A stretch of 63,003 nt of DNA, filler included, from Choristocarpus tenellus KU-1152 (taxonomy: Eukaryota; Protista; Phaeophyceae), in NCBI GenBank assembly GCA_964200185.2. It is 9 parts of 9 records of this genome, joined end to end, with 100 filler letters (N's around TTAATTAATTAA, not from the genome) between each part and the next. Parts side by side here need not be neighbours in the genome. Positions count along the whole stretch, not along the records: positions 8,145 to 18,028 come from CAXNAD020003309.1; positions 18,129 to 42,518 come from CAXNAD020000213.1; 7 more parts are not named here. One strand, given 5' to 3'. The first letter of the stretch is position 1. Every line of letters begins with the position of its first letter. Made by a program: the position numbers and the translations under genes. The notes beneath the pieces were generated by a model, which made no database searches, had not been told where the DNA came from, and saw only the letters and a program-made list of their open reading frames with translations. Below, piece after piece: positions 12,381 to 25,300 of this stretch.

Positions 12381-14931
12381 TAGCTGTAATGGCAGCCATT
12401 AGCATGGACTTCCCTGATTCGATGCTTCTAGTATGTTGGTACTATTGCTGCAGATGTCCTTGGGTAGACCTTACGATTAACCTCTTGTATGGGTGTTGAT
12501 CACGAATTTGTGTGGTGTCTATGGTGGAAAATCAAGGATGGGTGGGATGTAGGAGGTAAAATGTTGGATTCTGATTTGCCAGAGTTCTCGAAAAACGGAG
12601 AAGGGTTGACTGGGTGTATTGTGTGGTGAAGTTTAGGCAGTGGTATTGTTTTAGCAGCTTCAAAGTTCTTTGTGCCTGTGGTAACCTCAAAGGTAAAGTA
12701 GACCATCCTCTCTTCGTCCACAGACATTAACCTTGAAAGGCATTGTCTCTTTCGCAAACAGGTATCAGCAAATTGAACTTTGCAGCAGACAACCTCAAAT
12801 ACGTCTTTGGGACTCAGGTTTGATTTGGTGTAAGGGCAACGGGTGCATAATTCAAGGGTCATTAGAACCCAGAATGTTAGAGTAAAAATGCATCTTGTCT
12901 TTAGTGTGATATTTCAATTTAGTTCGAGTAATATCCTGTAGTAATGTTCATCCAAGGTTGGGGATTCAAAGCAGGTGTTGAAGAGGGTGTGGTCTTCGGG
13001 GCAGTGGTTGCATGCCAAACTGAACGTTTTTCACAATGTGGGCCAATGGTGTGTCGTGCAGGTTCACAGTGCAAGATCAAATCAACAAAACTGAATTAAT
13101 ACATACATACCTTGCTCTTCGCCTTGTTCTTAACAGTGGGTTGCCCTGCCTCGTTTGTAATATTTTGTATGTGCACTTCCTTCTTTAGCTTTGTGCTTCT
13201 GGAGTAGTCAGTACAACAAAATGTACAGTATTTGTTGTCGTCGTAGCGAAATTTGGGCCTGAAGCCCTTGCCAGACAAAATACAGTGGTAGTATCATCAT
13301 CTATCCATAGTGCCAGATACAGCAACACCCCACTAATATTGATGCTCGATGCCCTTTTCGAACATCAAGTAGAGTTAATTGTAAGACGGCACTGATTATA
13401 CTAAGCTACATCTGGTTCAGACCCAAAGTATCTGGGGGGGGGTCTGCACTAGTTGTATTGATGCAACCCCCCTTTTCTTATCAAGTTCGACAATAAATGT
13501 AGATTTTTCATAGAAAAGGACAATTTGCAATACCCAATCATCTTTTTCCTCTTGATTCTAACCATCGACATATTTTGTCTTCCTTCCTCACGAAGGTCAG
13601 ACCTAAACACCTTTATTGCAAGCAATGTAAATTCTACCTTGTTACCTCCTTCAAATTTCCAGGGGGGAAGCCCTCTGTGTTAAATCAGCAAGATCGTGAC
13701 ACCCTAGGTCTGAGGATTCCTTGGATTAGGTCAATGCAAAGGCAACGGCTTGAGTGCTATGAACTGGAACCATCCCGCTCAGGTTTGCACCCTTTCGCCC
13801 TCTAAACTTACTCTCTTTCTCCAGCCCTTTCCCATCTTGGTTGCTCTTGCTTTCAGAAGCATCACAGGGGTACCTAACATTTATTTCTCCTCCCACAGCA
13901 ACACAGCTTGCTTTGGTACTATGACTCTCCTTACACATTATGACCAAAGGTCCTCTGAACAAGCCACCCGCAGAATGACAAGTTACCAAAGCATGCGACA
14001 TTGCAGCTAATAGTGTGGATGCAGGGGGGCAAGGTAACGTGGCAATCTGCTGCTCCTTTTGAGCTTTGGGTCCAACTTGTGTCCTCGTGGGCAGGGCCAC
14101 CGCCACTGTTTTCTTGATGAGCGACTCGGTGCTGATTTGAGACCACAGCAGGCAGGCCTTGACTGACCTCACTCTGAAACTTTGACCACAGTGCTTTACG
14201 CTGTTTCCAGCAAGAGTCACACACAATTGAGTTGGCATTTGGAGGGGCAATTCAGGCAACGGGTGTTGGGTCAGAGGGATAGACCGACTGAGTGGAGTGG
14301 GGTTGGGCGAGGCATGCAGCAAATTTCCATTAAGGCCAGAGCCTACTATTGAAATAGTGTATATTTGAGACTTCTTGACAATGGAATAGTTAACCATCTG
14401 AGCAAATTCAGCTTGCGTGCTGGGGTCCACGTTTGAGTTTGGTGCAGTGTAGTGCATAAGGTAATAAAACGCATCTTACATAAACCAATGGCCTTATTTT
14501 CAAACAAATCTTCAGTAACAAAAATGGCTAGGGTGAGGTGAGGTGTAGGTAGAACAAGGATGTGAACAAGCGACAAAATAGTTTCATAATTTGTTCAAAA
14601 GTAAGGCCTTTGGTTAACCAGGACGGTTTGATTATCTAGTGTATTGAGTGGTTAAATTTGTGTTCCACTTCATGGCTTTAGGTTTCAGTTTTAGACAACA
14701 AAAATATGCATCAACCATTCATCGCCCTACCAACATCATTTTCTTGTGATCTCTGCATAGTGTCATTGGGGGATGGGGTACTAATAAGAGACTGGTATCC
14801 TACTCAAAACGGGGTAGAACCACAGCAAGGATCTACAGATATATATCAAAGGGATGGCTTTCACCTCTCTTACCTCTTGTTGGTGGGAAGGGAGATGCAT
14901 CAGGGGTGTGCTTGAAGAACATGAATCTCAC

Positions 14932-16947
14932 CTGGTACCGACGTAGAGGGTCCCTCTTTCTACCGTAGGTCACCTCCCAGCCCTCTGACCTCGGATGTGG
15001 GCGAGCAAGAACAAATCCCCTTCGAAGCACTACAAAATCTGCAGGCTGTGTTCGAGGTTGTCAACCCTCGCTGTGCATGTCAGTGGAAGACAACCCCCTA
15101 GAAACTGTCAGCGGGTGTGCAATCTCTGTTCAAGCAACATGGGAGTAGGGAAGCACAGACACCAAAAAGGATGGCCATAGTGTTGGTTGAATGTCGTATG
15201 TAGATTGATATCGTGTAGAACACTAAGACATTTACTATTTATAGGTGGTACTTCACAGGGATGTTTATCAATGTCCACAAAAGTAGGTTAATCTCATCAG
15301 GTTTTCAAGAATGTCTTTCTACTTCTCCTATCACACCCCCCTCCCCTTGGACACCACTACTATACTGTGAACTCCTACGCCCAACTCATTTCGGTCAACT
15401 CACACATCAATTCTCAACCAACACCAGAATATATCACACTCAGTTCAAATGGGCCAAGCACAAATGTATTGAACTCTGCGCAATTTGTTAGGAACCATTT
15501 TGAAAATGATCATGACATGCTAGCACCATAGTGCTTGCACCCACCACCACGGCATCTTCTCATAACTACCTTGGCAGCAGTCACAGCTCTGTGCTACCAA
15601 AAGCCACGTGATCGAACCTTTTGCTGCAAAGGTACCAAGTGAGATCATCACCATTTACTTCTCCAGCCCTTGATTGCATGAAAAACACCACCCCTTCACT
15701 TTGTACGCAAGGGAAACAAACAAGAGAAACGAGACCTGCCTCGTTTATTCCATATCCACGGAACCTCTCATCATAGAATGGAACGCTTGATTTGGACATG
15801 ACCACGTAAGGTTCAAAGCAAGATTTGTACCGCACAGAGTAAGCCAGAGCTGGCAAGGGCAGTGGGGCCATGCCGGCCAGGGAGGCATGCAGGGGTTTGA
15901 GGTGATGATTAGAATTCAACCTTGTTATGTCTTGCAACCTCCAGTTCCACAATGGAGGCGACGATAGGTAAAACAATAATCTATCAGACAAGGGTCGATT
16001 TTCCCCCAACTCTTCTTGCAGATTATGTTGTGACTGCAGTGGTGAGGTATGTGCTGAAACGTGCCTTTATAAGCCTTTACCCCCTCAACTCTACCCTTCT
16101 ACAATTGATGCAAATATATTTATTGTGTTCAATACATTTTCTACTCTGAACCACATGGCAGGCATCTCTGTCCTCTAATCTGAATGGAAATATGTATGGG
16201 GATATGGCACATCATGCAGAGAACATATAACCAACATACCCTTTTTATGTACTATTACTATGATACCCCTAACATCGTCTAACTATCACGAGGTTGCCTC
16301 ATACAGGATGCCTTGGCTAGATATTTGTGACTGTCAGTGCTAACATCGTACGCAATCAGACCAATCTTGTATCAACACATCACACTCAGCTCCTTGTGAA
16401 ACGGTTCTACTTCATATTGAGGGCCGTAGAGACGGCAGCATAGAGTCATGCGGCTTGGAGAGAATCCCTGCCTGCCAATAAACGATTGTTGCAAACCCCG
16501 AGGAGAACACAACAAGCGCATTGGATTATTTCAATGGCAAACCCAGTATGGCAAATGCCACACTCGTTTCCAGGATACTTGAAGCACGTAGTTGAGAGCA
16601 CTATATATTGCAGGAACTTCACACAAGTTCATTACGTACCCAGTATTTCCAGTCACACTGTACCAAGACTTAACTAACGTCATTTCTTAAACATAGGCAC
16701 TCCAATCTAGACACACACATGCATGCATCCCTCATTCCATACTATCCAGAGGCGCGCAGATCCAAGCATAGCATCATTGCCATAATCACATACCTCCATC
16801 ATGATCATCCTCCTCTGTCATCGTGCAGCGATCAAAGTCTGTGGGTCCATGACCCATGGGGAAGTAGCAGGTGTGAAAGCCTTGCACTCCACCCTGATAA
16901 CACATGTCTTCAACCTCTCTTTGAGTCGAAGGGGTAGTAGCCACTAC
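14932..16947 (-). CDS. LARGE/B4GAT1-like glycosyltransferase (GT49 domain), partial, possibly pseudogenising
   Basis: Exons 16947-16794 (..GGVQGFHTCYFPMGHGPTDFDRC..), 15849-~15736 (ALAYSVRYKSCFEPYVVMSKSSVPFYDERFRGYGINE) and 15038-14932 (DFVVLRRGFVLARPHPRSEGWE..YQ|gtgag). FH..FP.GH.PTDF, FEPYVV, P.YDERFRGYG and F.VL...F...PH are GT49 hallmarks. The 5' and 3' exons were not resolved. Confidence 0.8.
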
Positions 16948-17789
16948 CTACCACCCAGTTCGTAACGTACATTGAGACATGAGATATATGTGAGGTCAGG
17001 GTATACAAGTTGCCATCAACACAAAGTTCAAAACTAAGGTGGACAGGTGGTAGTGATGTGGTGTAAATCTAAGGACCCCTAGCTAGACAAGGTTATGTAT
17101 CTTATCCTCCAGAACAAGACCAACAGGGTAGAACAAACAACTAAAAAACATGCGTCATGACTATGAACACATACACTTCAAACAAACTGGTAAGCAGATG
17201 CACCAGAATCCAAACTCCAGAGAGGACATTCACTATTTCCAGGGTCCTACACTGGGCCGGACAGTCAGCACAAGCACAGCCTGGGTCATGGTTGCAGGCC
17301 GATTCTTGACCCAGCAATGTTGAAACAGTTGACAGTCATGGACTCAGCCACGCTAGAACTTGTTTGTACTGGCCAGGCCATGGTCCGGCCATACCAAAGC
17401 AGGTTACAGTCATGGACCCAGCAATGGTGTTTGAACATGACCATACCGGACTTGCCTGTGGTCTGGTTCATTTGAAAGAGAGATGAAGTTCACGTACTGA
17501 ACTTGTCGTAAGCACTTCACCCATGGCTGGCAGGGTTAAAACACACTTGACACAAGATGCAGGCCTCGCCGTAACACATCACATGAACCCCACTTGCTGT
17601 AAATCATTTAAGAGCAAATATTATGTAGCAGTAGGTTATACTACTTAAAAACCATAATGTACAAGGTCAGACCACACATTGCCATGTCATGGTACCATCC
17701 AAGGAGGTATGGGGGCAAGAGGAACACGATCCGGAACTTGGAATTTGTGGCGCTTGAATTTGGACTTGGACTGATAAAATCCCTAGTGG

Positions 17790-18028
17790 ACATGGTCCGG
17801 GCGTGTTGGAGAATGTTAGACCTGGTCTGGTTGGTGGACATGGACCAATACAATATAGACTGTTACTGTACCTCCAGTGAACATGGTCCAACATGTTGGA
17901 GAATGTTAGACCTGGTCTGGTTGGTGGACATGGACCAATACAATATAGACTGTTACTGTACCTCCAGTGAACATGGTCCAACATGTTGGAGAATGTTAGA
18001 CCTGGTCTGGTTGGTGGACATGGACCAA
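17790..18028 (+). repeat. 90-bp tandem repeat, at least 2.5 near-identical units, running into a gap
   Basis: Unit tgttggagaatgttagacctggtctggttggtggacatggaccaatacaatatagactgttactgtacctccagtgaacatggtccaaca starts at 17804, 17894 and 17984. Confidence 0.95.
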
Positions 18029-20925
18029 NNNNNNNNNNNNNNNNNNNNNNNNNNNNNNNNNNNNNNNNNNNNTTAATTAATTAANNNNNNNNNNNNNNNN
18101 NNNNNNNNNNNNNNNNNNNNNNNNNNNNTAATACCACCATAAAAGACCGGGGGTAAGGGGGGGGGGGGGGGGGGGGGGGTGTTGGCGTCCGTTTTTCACC
18201 TTTTTGGTGTGATTTGGTTGCACGTGTTGGATTTGAAATTTCAGCAAAAAAAAGAGTTGTTTGACCGAAACAGACACCCCCTCACAAACCACCCCCCCAG
18301 ATACTTTTGACCCTCCTTCCAGTGCATGGCATGTACATGCCACAAGTGGTCCAGGCTATATTCTTGGAGGGGCTAAATATATGGTAGAATCAGCACACAC
18401 TGTCGAACCTCTGGGAACTGACACTGACAAACAGAAGTGCGCAGGGTATGCAGTAGAGGTTTACCTATGCAGTGTTGCTTACCCTAAAGGCAGATGGTCC
18501 TAATACTATAGGATCATATTATGCAAATAGTGTGTGCACCTCCCAAACAATTGCACAATGGACCATAATCTCTCTTGGTCAATACTTGGCACCAGAAGAT
18601 TTTGTTGTGTGCTAATACTTGAAGACACTCCTGTTTCTGAGCACTTTTGCATATAAATTGAATTGAATATATCCATTGTAGTGGAAAGAAGAGAAGTGAG
18701 CTCCTTCACAGCAGAGGGTTATCCTTGCCAACTCACACTCATTAACATTCAAACAGGACGATCAACCTGCTGTCCACCACTAGTCTGGGGTCATTGAGCA
18801 CCAGTCTCCATGCAAAGCTCCTATCCTTAAACTCATCTTTGTATTGAACCATTTCTATATCAAAACCTACCAGTCAGCAAATATGCACAAAAGTTGATTC
18901 TGATATATATTTTTTGTTATAATTATGCCAAACTGAGCTCACACCGTCAGGAATTCACTTGAGACATGATATATTTACTGAGGTGTGCAATATCACCTAT
19001 TTCCAGGAACGAGTCCATATATCATGAGCAACACTAGACTAAATGGAGCACAGTCTGGCTGCTGCTACAGAGACACCCATAGTGACTCAGAGGTGTTGGG
19101 AGCTTCGCATGTCACTTTCTCAACAAGTATTCTCTCAAGAACTTGAAAGACAAAAGCTAGCTCCGTTTTAGTTTTATCTCTACCAAAACGTCTGAAATTG
19201 GAGATTGGTAGACTAGTTTCCTGTTCAAACCTATTTCAGAAGCAACAAAAAGGACCTCAGTCACCTCAACCATGAAAGTTGTTGCCATTTTTCAGGGCTT
19301 ATCATTACCCTTGGTAATTAACAAGACCAGCATCCAGGTTATATCTTGGGGCTAAGAAACAAAACCTTCCGCTAACATCAACTGTTAACAGTTTTTGCCA
19401 TTTTTAGAGATTTTCAACAATCTGGGCTGGGCAATTTGCATGGCTGAGGTCCATGCCATGATGACGGACCAGCTTTTGGTGTGGACATGCTACTAATAGA
19501 ACAATAGATGGTTTGGACCGGTCTTATTGGAATATACCATGGAGTGTGATACACTGATACTTTACTGGCCCACAGCCAGGCTACGTTGAACTAGTTGACT
19601 GTGGATTGGTCCTGTCAAAACATACTGTTATTAGTTCAACTTAGAGAAAACCTTAGATATGGTCCTCTTGCCGAGAGGAATCTATCAAGCTTCTTTATCA
19701 AAAAGGTACTAGTATCCCTTAGAAAACCACAGAAGACTGTGATGAGGGTATATGCTCACTGAAGTATTCTTGTTGGTTGTTGTCACTGTGGTCATTTCTA
19801 GTTCTCAATCGACCTCTGGGATGTGCATCCTCTGCTACTGTTGAGTGATCCTTTCATGACCTTGCTGTCGTAGGTGCCATCAAATACTGAGATATCGGTT
19901 GGGTGTAAGTAATACAACTGTCTGCCACAGTGGTGTAATCAGTAGTGACATGGGGGTTCCAAATAATGGGCTCAATGGGCAACAAGAAGATTGAGATGAT
20001 AACTTGGGGAGTGCATGCAACCAGTGGGGCAATGTCCCACAGTTTAAGTCAGGTAATACCCTGACCAGTGACTTCTGTCAAGTATCGAGATACTACTTTA
20101 ACACAACGACAGATAGTCACAACACTGTTCACCGTATGTTTACCGTGATATTTGAATATTGGACAGGTGCACAGTGCCACAATGTGCAGGCAGCATTCAA
20201 ATCAGGACAATTAGGTCACATGCCTATCTCAGGGGTGTTACCATTCGGGCATTGCTACTCTTAGTCTGTACTTAGCACGGGGCTTTCCCTGCACAAAACT
20301 CGACTCGAGTTCTGTATGTAAGCCCTTCAAGAGTTTTTATTAGTAAAGGGAACAGCAGGGGACAATCATTACGTGACAATACAGTTTATAGTATTGCAAT
20401 CTTGGCAGCCCAGTTAGTAGAATTACACAATCATACCTTCACTAGATTGAGAAGTGCTTCCGTACAGAGCACATCCACTCTACCAGCTCTTCACATTCTG
20501 ACTGCTAAAAAAATGGTATGGTTCATGTACACCAAACTCAGGGTACATTACCACAGTGATTGTTGCATAAGGAGGGAGAAACTTCAGGTTGTCCAACAAC
20601 AAAGGGAATAACAGGGACAACAGGTGAGGGCAGTTATTGGTCTGGAATGATGTTTGAAAGGGATGAACCAGAAACTCACCAAATCACAATACATTCACAA
20701 GGTGGTTGTACTTCTGTGGCAAGTAATTCAAATAGTTCATATGTTGAAAATGGTGCATATAGGGTTCAACTCAGCAATCATAAGGAACAACATCAGAGAA
20801 AAATATTGGGCTACAGGTACTACAATATTCTGTGAGTAAAGCCTTTGATTAAAATGCAGAGGAACCTATCCTGTCCAAGAATGCTATTCTATACATCTTT
20901 GGTATCAACAAGCCATTGTTCAGAA

Positions 20926-22149
20926 TCAATGTTGTGCTTGATCTACTGGCAATATTTTCAGGGAAAAATCAAGACACCTATAACCGTGGGTGAGAGATCC
21001 TTGACTAATTATGTCTACACTGTCACTGAAATATAGTTGCACAGTTTCAGCTGTGATACCACCACTAGCCTCAATAAGTACTGCAGGAAAATCGTCTTTG
21101 AGTTTTGACGCCACGGCTTTGAGTTCGGTTGGTTTGAAGTTGTCCAGCATCACGATATCCGCTCCTGCTTGGGCGGCCTCAACTGCCTCACTGTAGGTTC
21201 CAGTTTCCACCTTTTGAGGAATTGAGTTGGGTAGAAGAGTTGCTGAAAATCACCTAGTAGGGGTGCAATTCCATAATATTCAGGACAACGACGTTCCACT
21301 GACCTCGATCTTCATGGAGAAACCTGCAGCGAGTTTTGCCGCACCTACAGCATTTGAGATGCCGCCAGCACTAACAATGTGGTTATCCTTCAGCATCACC
21401 ATTTGGCTCAGATCATTTCGATGTGTTGCCCCACCTCCCACAATTAACGCGTACTTTTCCACCAAGCGGAATCCTGTTTGGGAAACAAATGTATCAAAGA
21501 CGAAGCCATAGACACGCTGGTAAACCCACAATGCTCACAAATGATGCTCCACGGCGACCTTGAGAAAAGAAACAATATCAATGAATACCTGGAGTAGTTT
21601 TTCTCGTTCCAGCTATGTGTCCTTTCCATCCGTGTTCGGTTGCCTTCTGAACAGCTTCATGTGTCACTGTCGCAACCCCACTACACCGTGAAATCGCATT
21701 GAGAGCTGTTCTCTCTCCAAGAAGAATATGTCGGCAGCTCCCACTTACTTTCGCCACCACCACCTTCTTGTTTGGGAACGCGTTTGTATCGATTTGATCT
21801 CCTTCCTTCATCAGCCACTCTACCTGTCACGGGTGAAATTTCGAATATTTGATGAGAATGGACTTGCAACAACCATACGTCAACATACTCATGACAGCCG
21901 ACCGCACCAAAGCCTTGGGCACAAGATCACCTTGCAGCCCAGGATAGAGAAAACACAGTCGAAGAAGGGCCTTCCGGCAAGTATTCCATCTGACTTCCCG
22001 TAGAGAATAGCCGTTTGCTCCTTGTCACCGACCACAAACCCACCAACATCAAGACTTGGGATATCCTCGTCTAACCATGTCTGGACTAACTTCTCCCAAC
22101 TGGGTGGTAGGAGGTGCTCGTAACTGAGAGAAAGTGGGATCGAACTCAT
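20926..22149 (-). CDS. QPRT: Nicotinate-nucleotide pyrophosphorylase (quinolinate phosphoribosyltransferase), complete, 4 exons, 302 aa
   Basis: Exons 22149-21931, 21823-21589, 21473-21304 and 21210-20926, all GT-AG and in phase. Motifs [63 protein letters not shown] and DFSLK. Confidence 0.97.
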
Positions 22150-22394
22150 TAGAGCCAATGGAGAAATAGGCCAGTTGGCTACCCGCAATAATGATAAGGG
22201 GAAGTTGGGGATGAGAGGGTGTACTGACCTCCCTAATATTGTATGATATGAAATAGGTTCAATACATACAGTCTCCAGTCAAGATAAGGAAGGCATTTTG
22301 GTCAAAGTTCAAAAAATTGGTAGGTAGATTTCACGTAAGGTCTTTTTTCTACCATTTCATCACACAAAAACATCGATGCACTTTGTGGACCTTG
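22150..22394. promoter_or_regulatory. Compact divergent (bidirectional) promoter region between QPRT and VPS53
   Basis: Only 245 bp separate the two inferred ATGs (22149 on -, 22395 on +), so both promoters and 5' UTRs must fit here unless there are upstream non-coding exons. Confidence 0.65.
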
Positions 22395-25300
22395 ATGTCA
22401 ACCTCTTTGCCAGGGCTCCCAAGCCCAAATAATGAACCCCCCACATTAGACATAAGTGTGAGGGGTAGAGTGCTGGAAGTGGTGGGGGGTGATGATCCTT
22501 TGGACAAGCCGGACTTCGACCCAGTTGATTATCTCAATCACCATTTCCCAACTGAGAGATCGTTAGACAGATTAGATCCATTCTTGGTCAACATTACGTC
22601 ACAGATAAGTGAACTAGATGAAGATATCTCGAAGACTGTCCAGGCTCAAAGTGAAGCAGGTCAACAGGCTACCAAGGATGTGGAGGAGGCCAAGGTTGCC
22701 ATCAAGGAGTTGTTCGACAAAATTCGGGACATGAAGGCCAAGGCAGAACAATCCGAGATCATGGTGCAAGAGATTTGCAGAGATATTAAACAGCTGGACT
22801 TCGCGAAGCGCCACCTGCAGACCACAATAACCGCTCTGAAGAGACTGCATATGCTTGTCACAGCGGTTGACCAGCTTCAGGGGGTGGCGAGGGCGAAGCA
22901 GTATCGGGAGTCTGCCAATCTGCTGGACGCTGTCAGGCAACTACTCACTCATTTCGAGAGCTACGCACAGGTTGGCTGATAAAAGCATGGGGAATTCCGT
23001 GCCTGTACGTCCATGTTCAGATCTAGTATATATGATGCTTGTGGAGGGTGCAGAATTGGTGTTAATGCGTTCGCGTGGCAATTGACAATTCCAAGCCTTT
23101 CTCTGGTCCTAGGTGCCCCGGATCGCAGAGCTAAGAAGCACAGTCGCGGTAGTTAAGAACGACCTGGTAGAACAAACGCTGGAGGCATTTAATCAAGTTG
23201 GACAACTGGCAAGTTCCACAGCCAATCCGGAAGGGTTCGAGAGATCAAGCGAAAGATCTGGGCAGTTTCGCTCCCTTCACGAGGCTTGCCTTGTCGTGGA
23301 CGCCCTTGGGGGGCAGGCACGCCAACAGCAGGTGGGTAATTGATCCAAGCCACTGTACTTACGGCTCCCGTATTTTCAGAAAAGCTGATAAAATGATCTT
23401 GGTGATACACCCAAGCAACAATTGGAAATTTGTTTCTATCCCTGTTTGTGTAGCACCAAAAACAAGAACTTCTTTGTGACCAACCATTGTTGAGATGTCT
23501 CCATCACCAAAGTATCACAGTGATGGCCCGCTTGTCACGTTATGGAGTCAAAAGCTGTATGATCATGTCAGGTCAAAGAGTTGCACTGAAGAACAAGACG
23601 AAATTTCATCATCTGGTGGTGTTGACGTCTGCACACCAAACCTTGTGAATTGCTACCTACCCCCAGATTTATTTTCGAAAGTGCTTGGCCCTGTTCACAG
23701 AGTGCCCTAGAGTGAATTGCCTAGGGTCTTGGATGCTTGTATGTACACACCACAGCCTGAAGAGTCATTCCTGCATTAGTTTTAATTATTTTATTTAATC
23801 GTACTTCTTAGTCTTTGTGCAGGCATTAACAGTCACATTGATGTGTGGCGGATAAAATCATGATCTACTGAGGCCCCTTTCCATAGTCATAAGGAATTTT
23901 GTTGTAACTTACTAAGTACTAAGTTTAGTCTTGCATCTCTGCAATATGATCCATGTTTCTTATCAAAAGTGAAGTGCAGTCAGTTCTTCCTCATTCTGAA
24001 AAATTGCTTTGCTGAAATATGTTTTATTTTCACTGTAGGCAACTCAATCACGACAATAACCAATTATCATGCACACTTCTATGAAAATTCTGAAACTAGA
24101 AAGAACTCTTGCCATGCTCATGGATTTTTGTCTTGAACAGATAGAATCCTTCTGTGAGCAACAAATGCACCCTTATGGGCCGTTGTTCCCAAAGGGATCA
24201 GAGCAGTCACAGTTGGACCAGGTGGACCGACGATTCGCTTGGTTTCGGCGACTGTTGCGTGGTGTTGATATGCGATTTGATGGTGTCTTCCCTGGACACT
24301 GGTGCTTGCAGCACCGACTGTGTATCATGTTTCTTGGACAGACACGGGCTGCTGTGCTAGAAATCCTTGAAAGTGGATCTAAAGAGGCAGAAGATGTGAC
24401 AGTGCTCCTCAAGGTACCTTGATTTGCAATGCTTTGTATGCATATCATTGGCCATACTCAAAGTATATAATGTGTGATGCTTTGGTATAGATTGCATGTG
24501 GCAATATGGATGGACTAGTGATGCACCATAGGTATCACTAGGAACTCTTGAACATGTAGAATTTGCTGAAGACTGTTCACAAGGTAGGCCAATATTTTTT
24601 TGTGCATACATTACATGTTACAATGACACTCTTGTGCCACTCTGAAAAAAATGCTCACAACTTGTGCCTATGCCGCCTACAATTTGCGTAGTATGAGAAT
24701 TTAACGTTCTGCAACATGCATGCCTTGCTTGTATTTACATTTCATTTCATGTATCTAGGCTCTGCATAAGTGCTTGGCTTTTGAGAAGGAAGCCCACGTG
24801 CGATTTGAAGAGAATGAGAAGGGAGGTAATCAATTTGTGCAGCCTGAGGTTGATGAAGATGGTAATCTAATTGATCCAAACAGTGTAGAAGGTATAAAGA
24901 GGAAGTATGCGAAGGCAGCTTGGGTGGGAGGGACAGGGCAAGGAGATCAACAAGGAGTACCCAAGTCCATTTTTGCTGCGTTGAGTGCTGATGGTGAAGG
25001 TGTAAAGGATGATGAGCTGCAGGTCCTTCTCCCCTCGATTATTGGTTTGCTGTCTGGAGTGTTTGACCCATTCATGGGACCTTACATTGCTCTGGAGAGG
25101 AGGAACCTTGATGATTTGATCAATGCAGCATCCAAAACAACAGGTTCTGCAGATGATATTGACAGGGATGGCAAATTGCCTGTCTTCAGTACGAGTGTGA
25201 ATATCTTTGTGTACATCAAGAACTCCATCCAGAGGTGCACAAAACTGACAAGTGGCCAGACATTCTTCAATCTGCACCAGGAGTTCAAGACATGCCTGAG

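Noticed and set aside
13726-14457. 243-aa ORF, the longest in the track
   Set aside because: No recognisable motif or splice structure. It sits among decayed TE sequence and is probably a chance or antisense frame.
17790-18028. CRISPR-like array or repeat-protein CDS (ORF 17657-18076)
   Set aside because: The units are contiguous identical 90-mers with no unique spacers, there are no cas genes, and the context is eukaryotic. The ORF is a by-product of a period divisible by 3.
20926-22149. Bacterial nadC horizontal transfer
   Set aside because: Three spliceosomal introns and eukaryote-type motifs ([22 protein letters not shown]) indicate a normal host gene.
22614-22940. Antisense ORFs overlapping VPS53 (also 24867-25277) and QPRT
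   Set aside because: Shadow frames of real exons.
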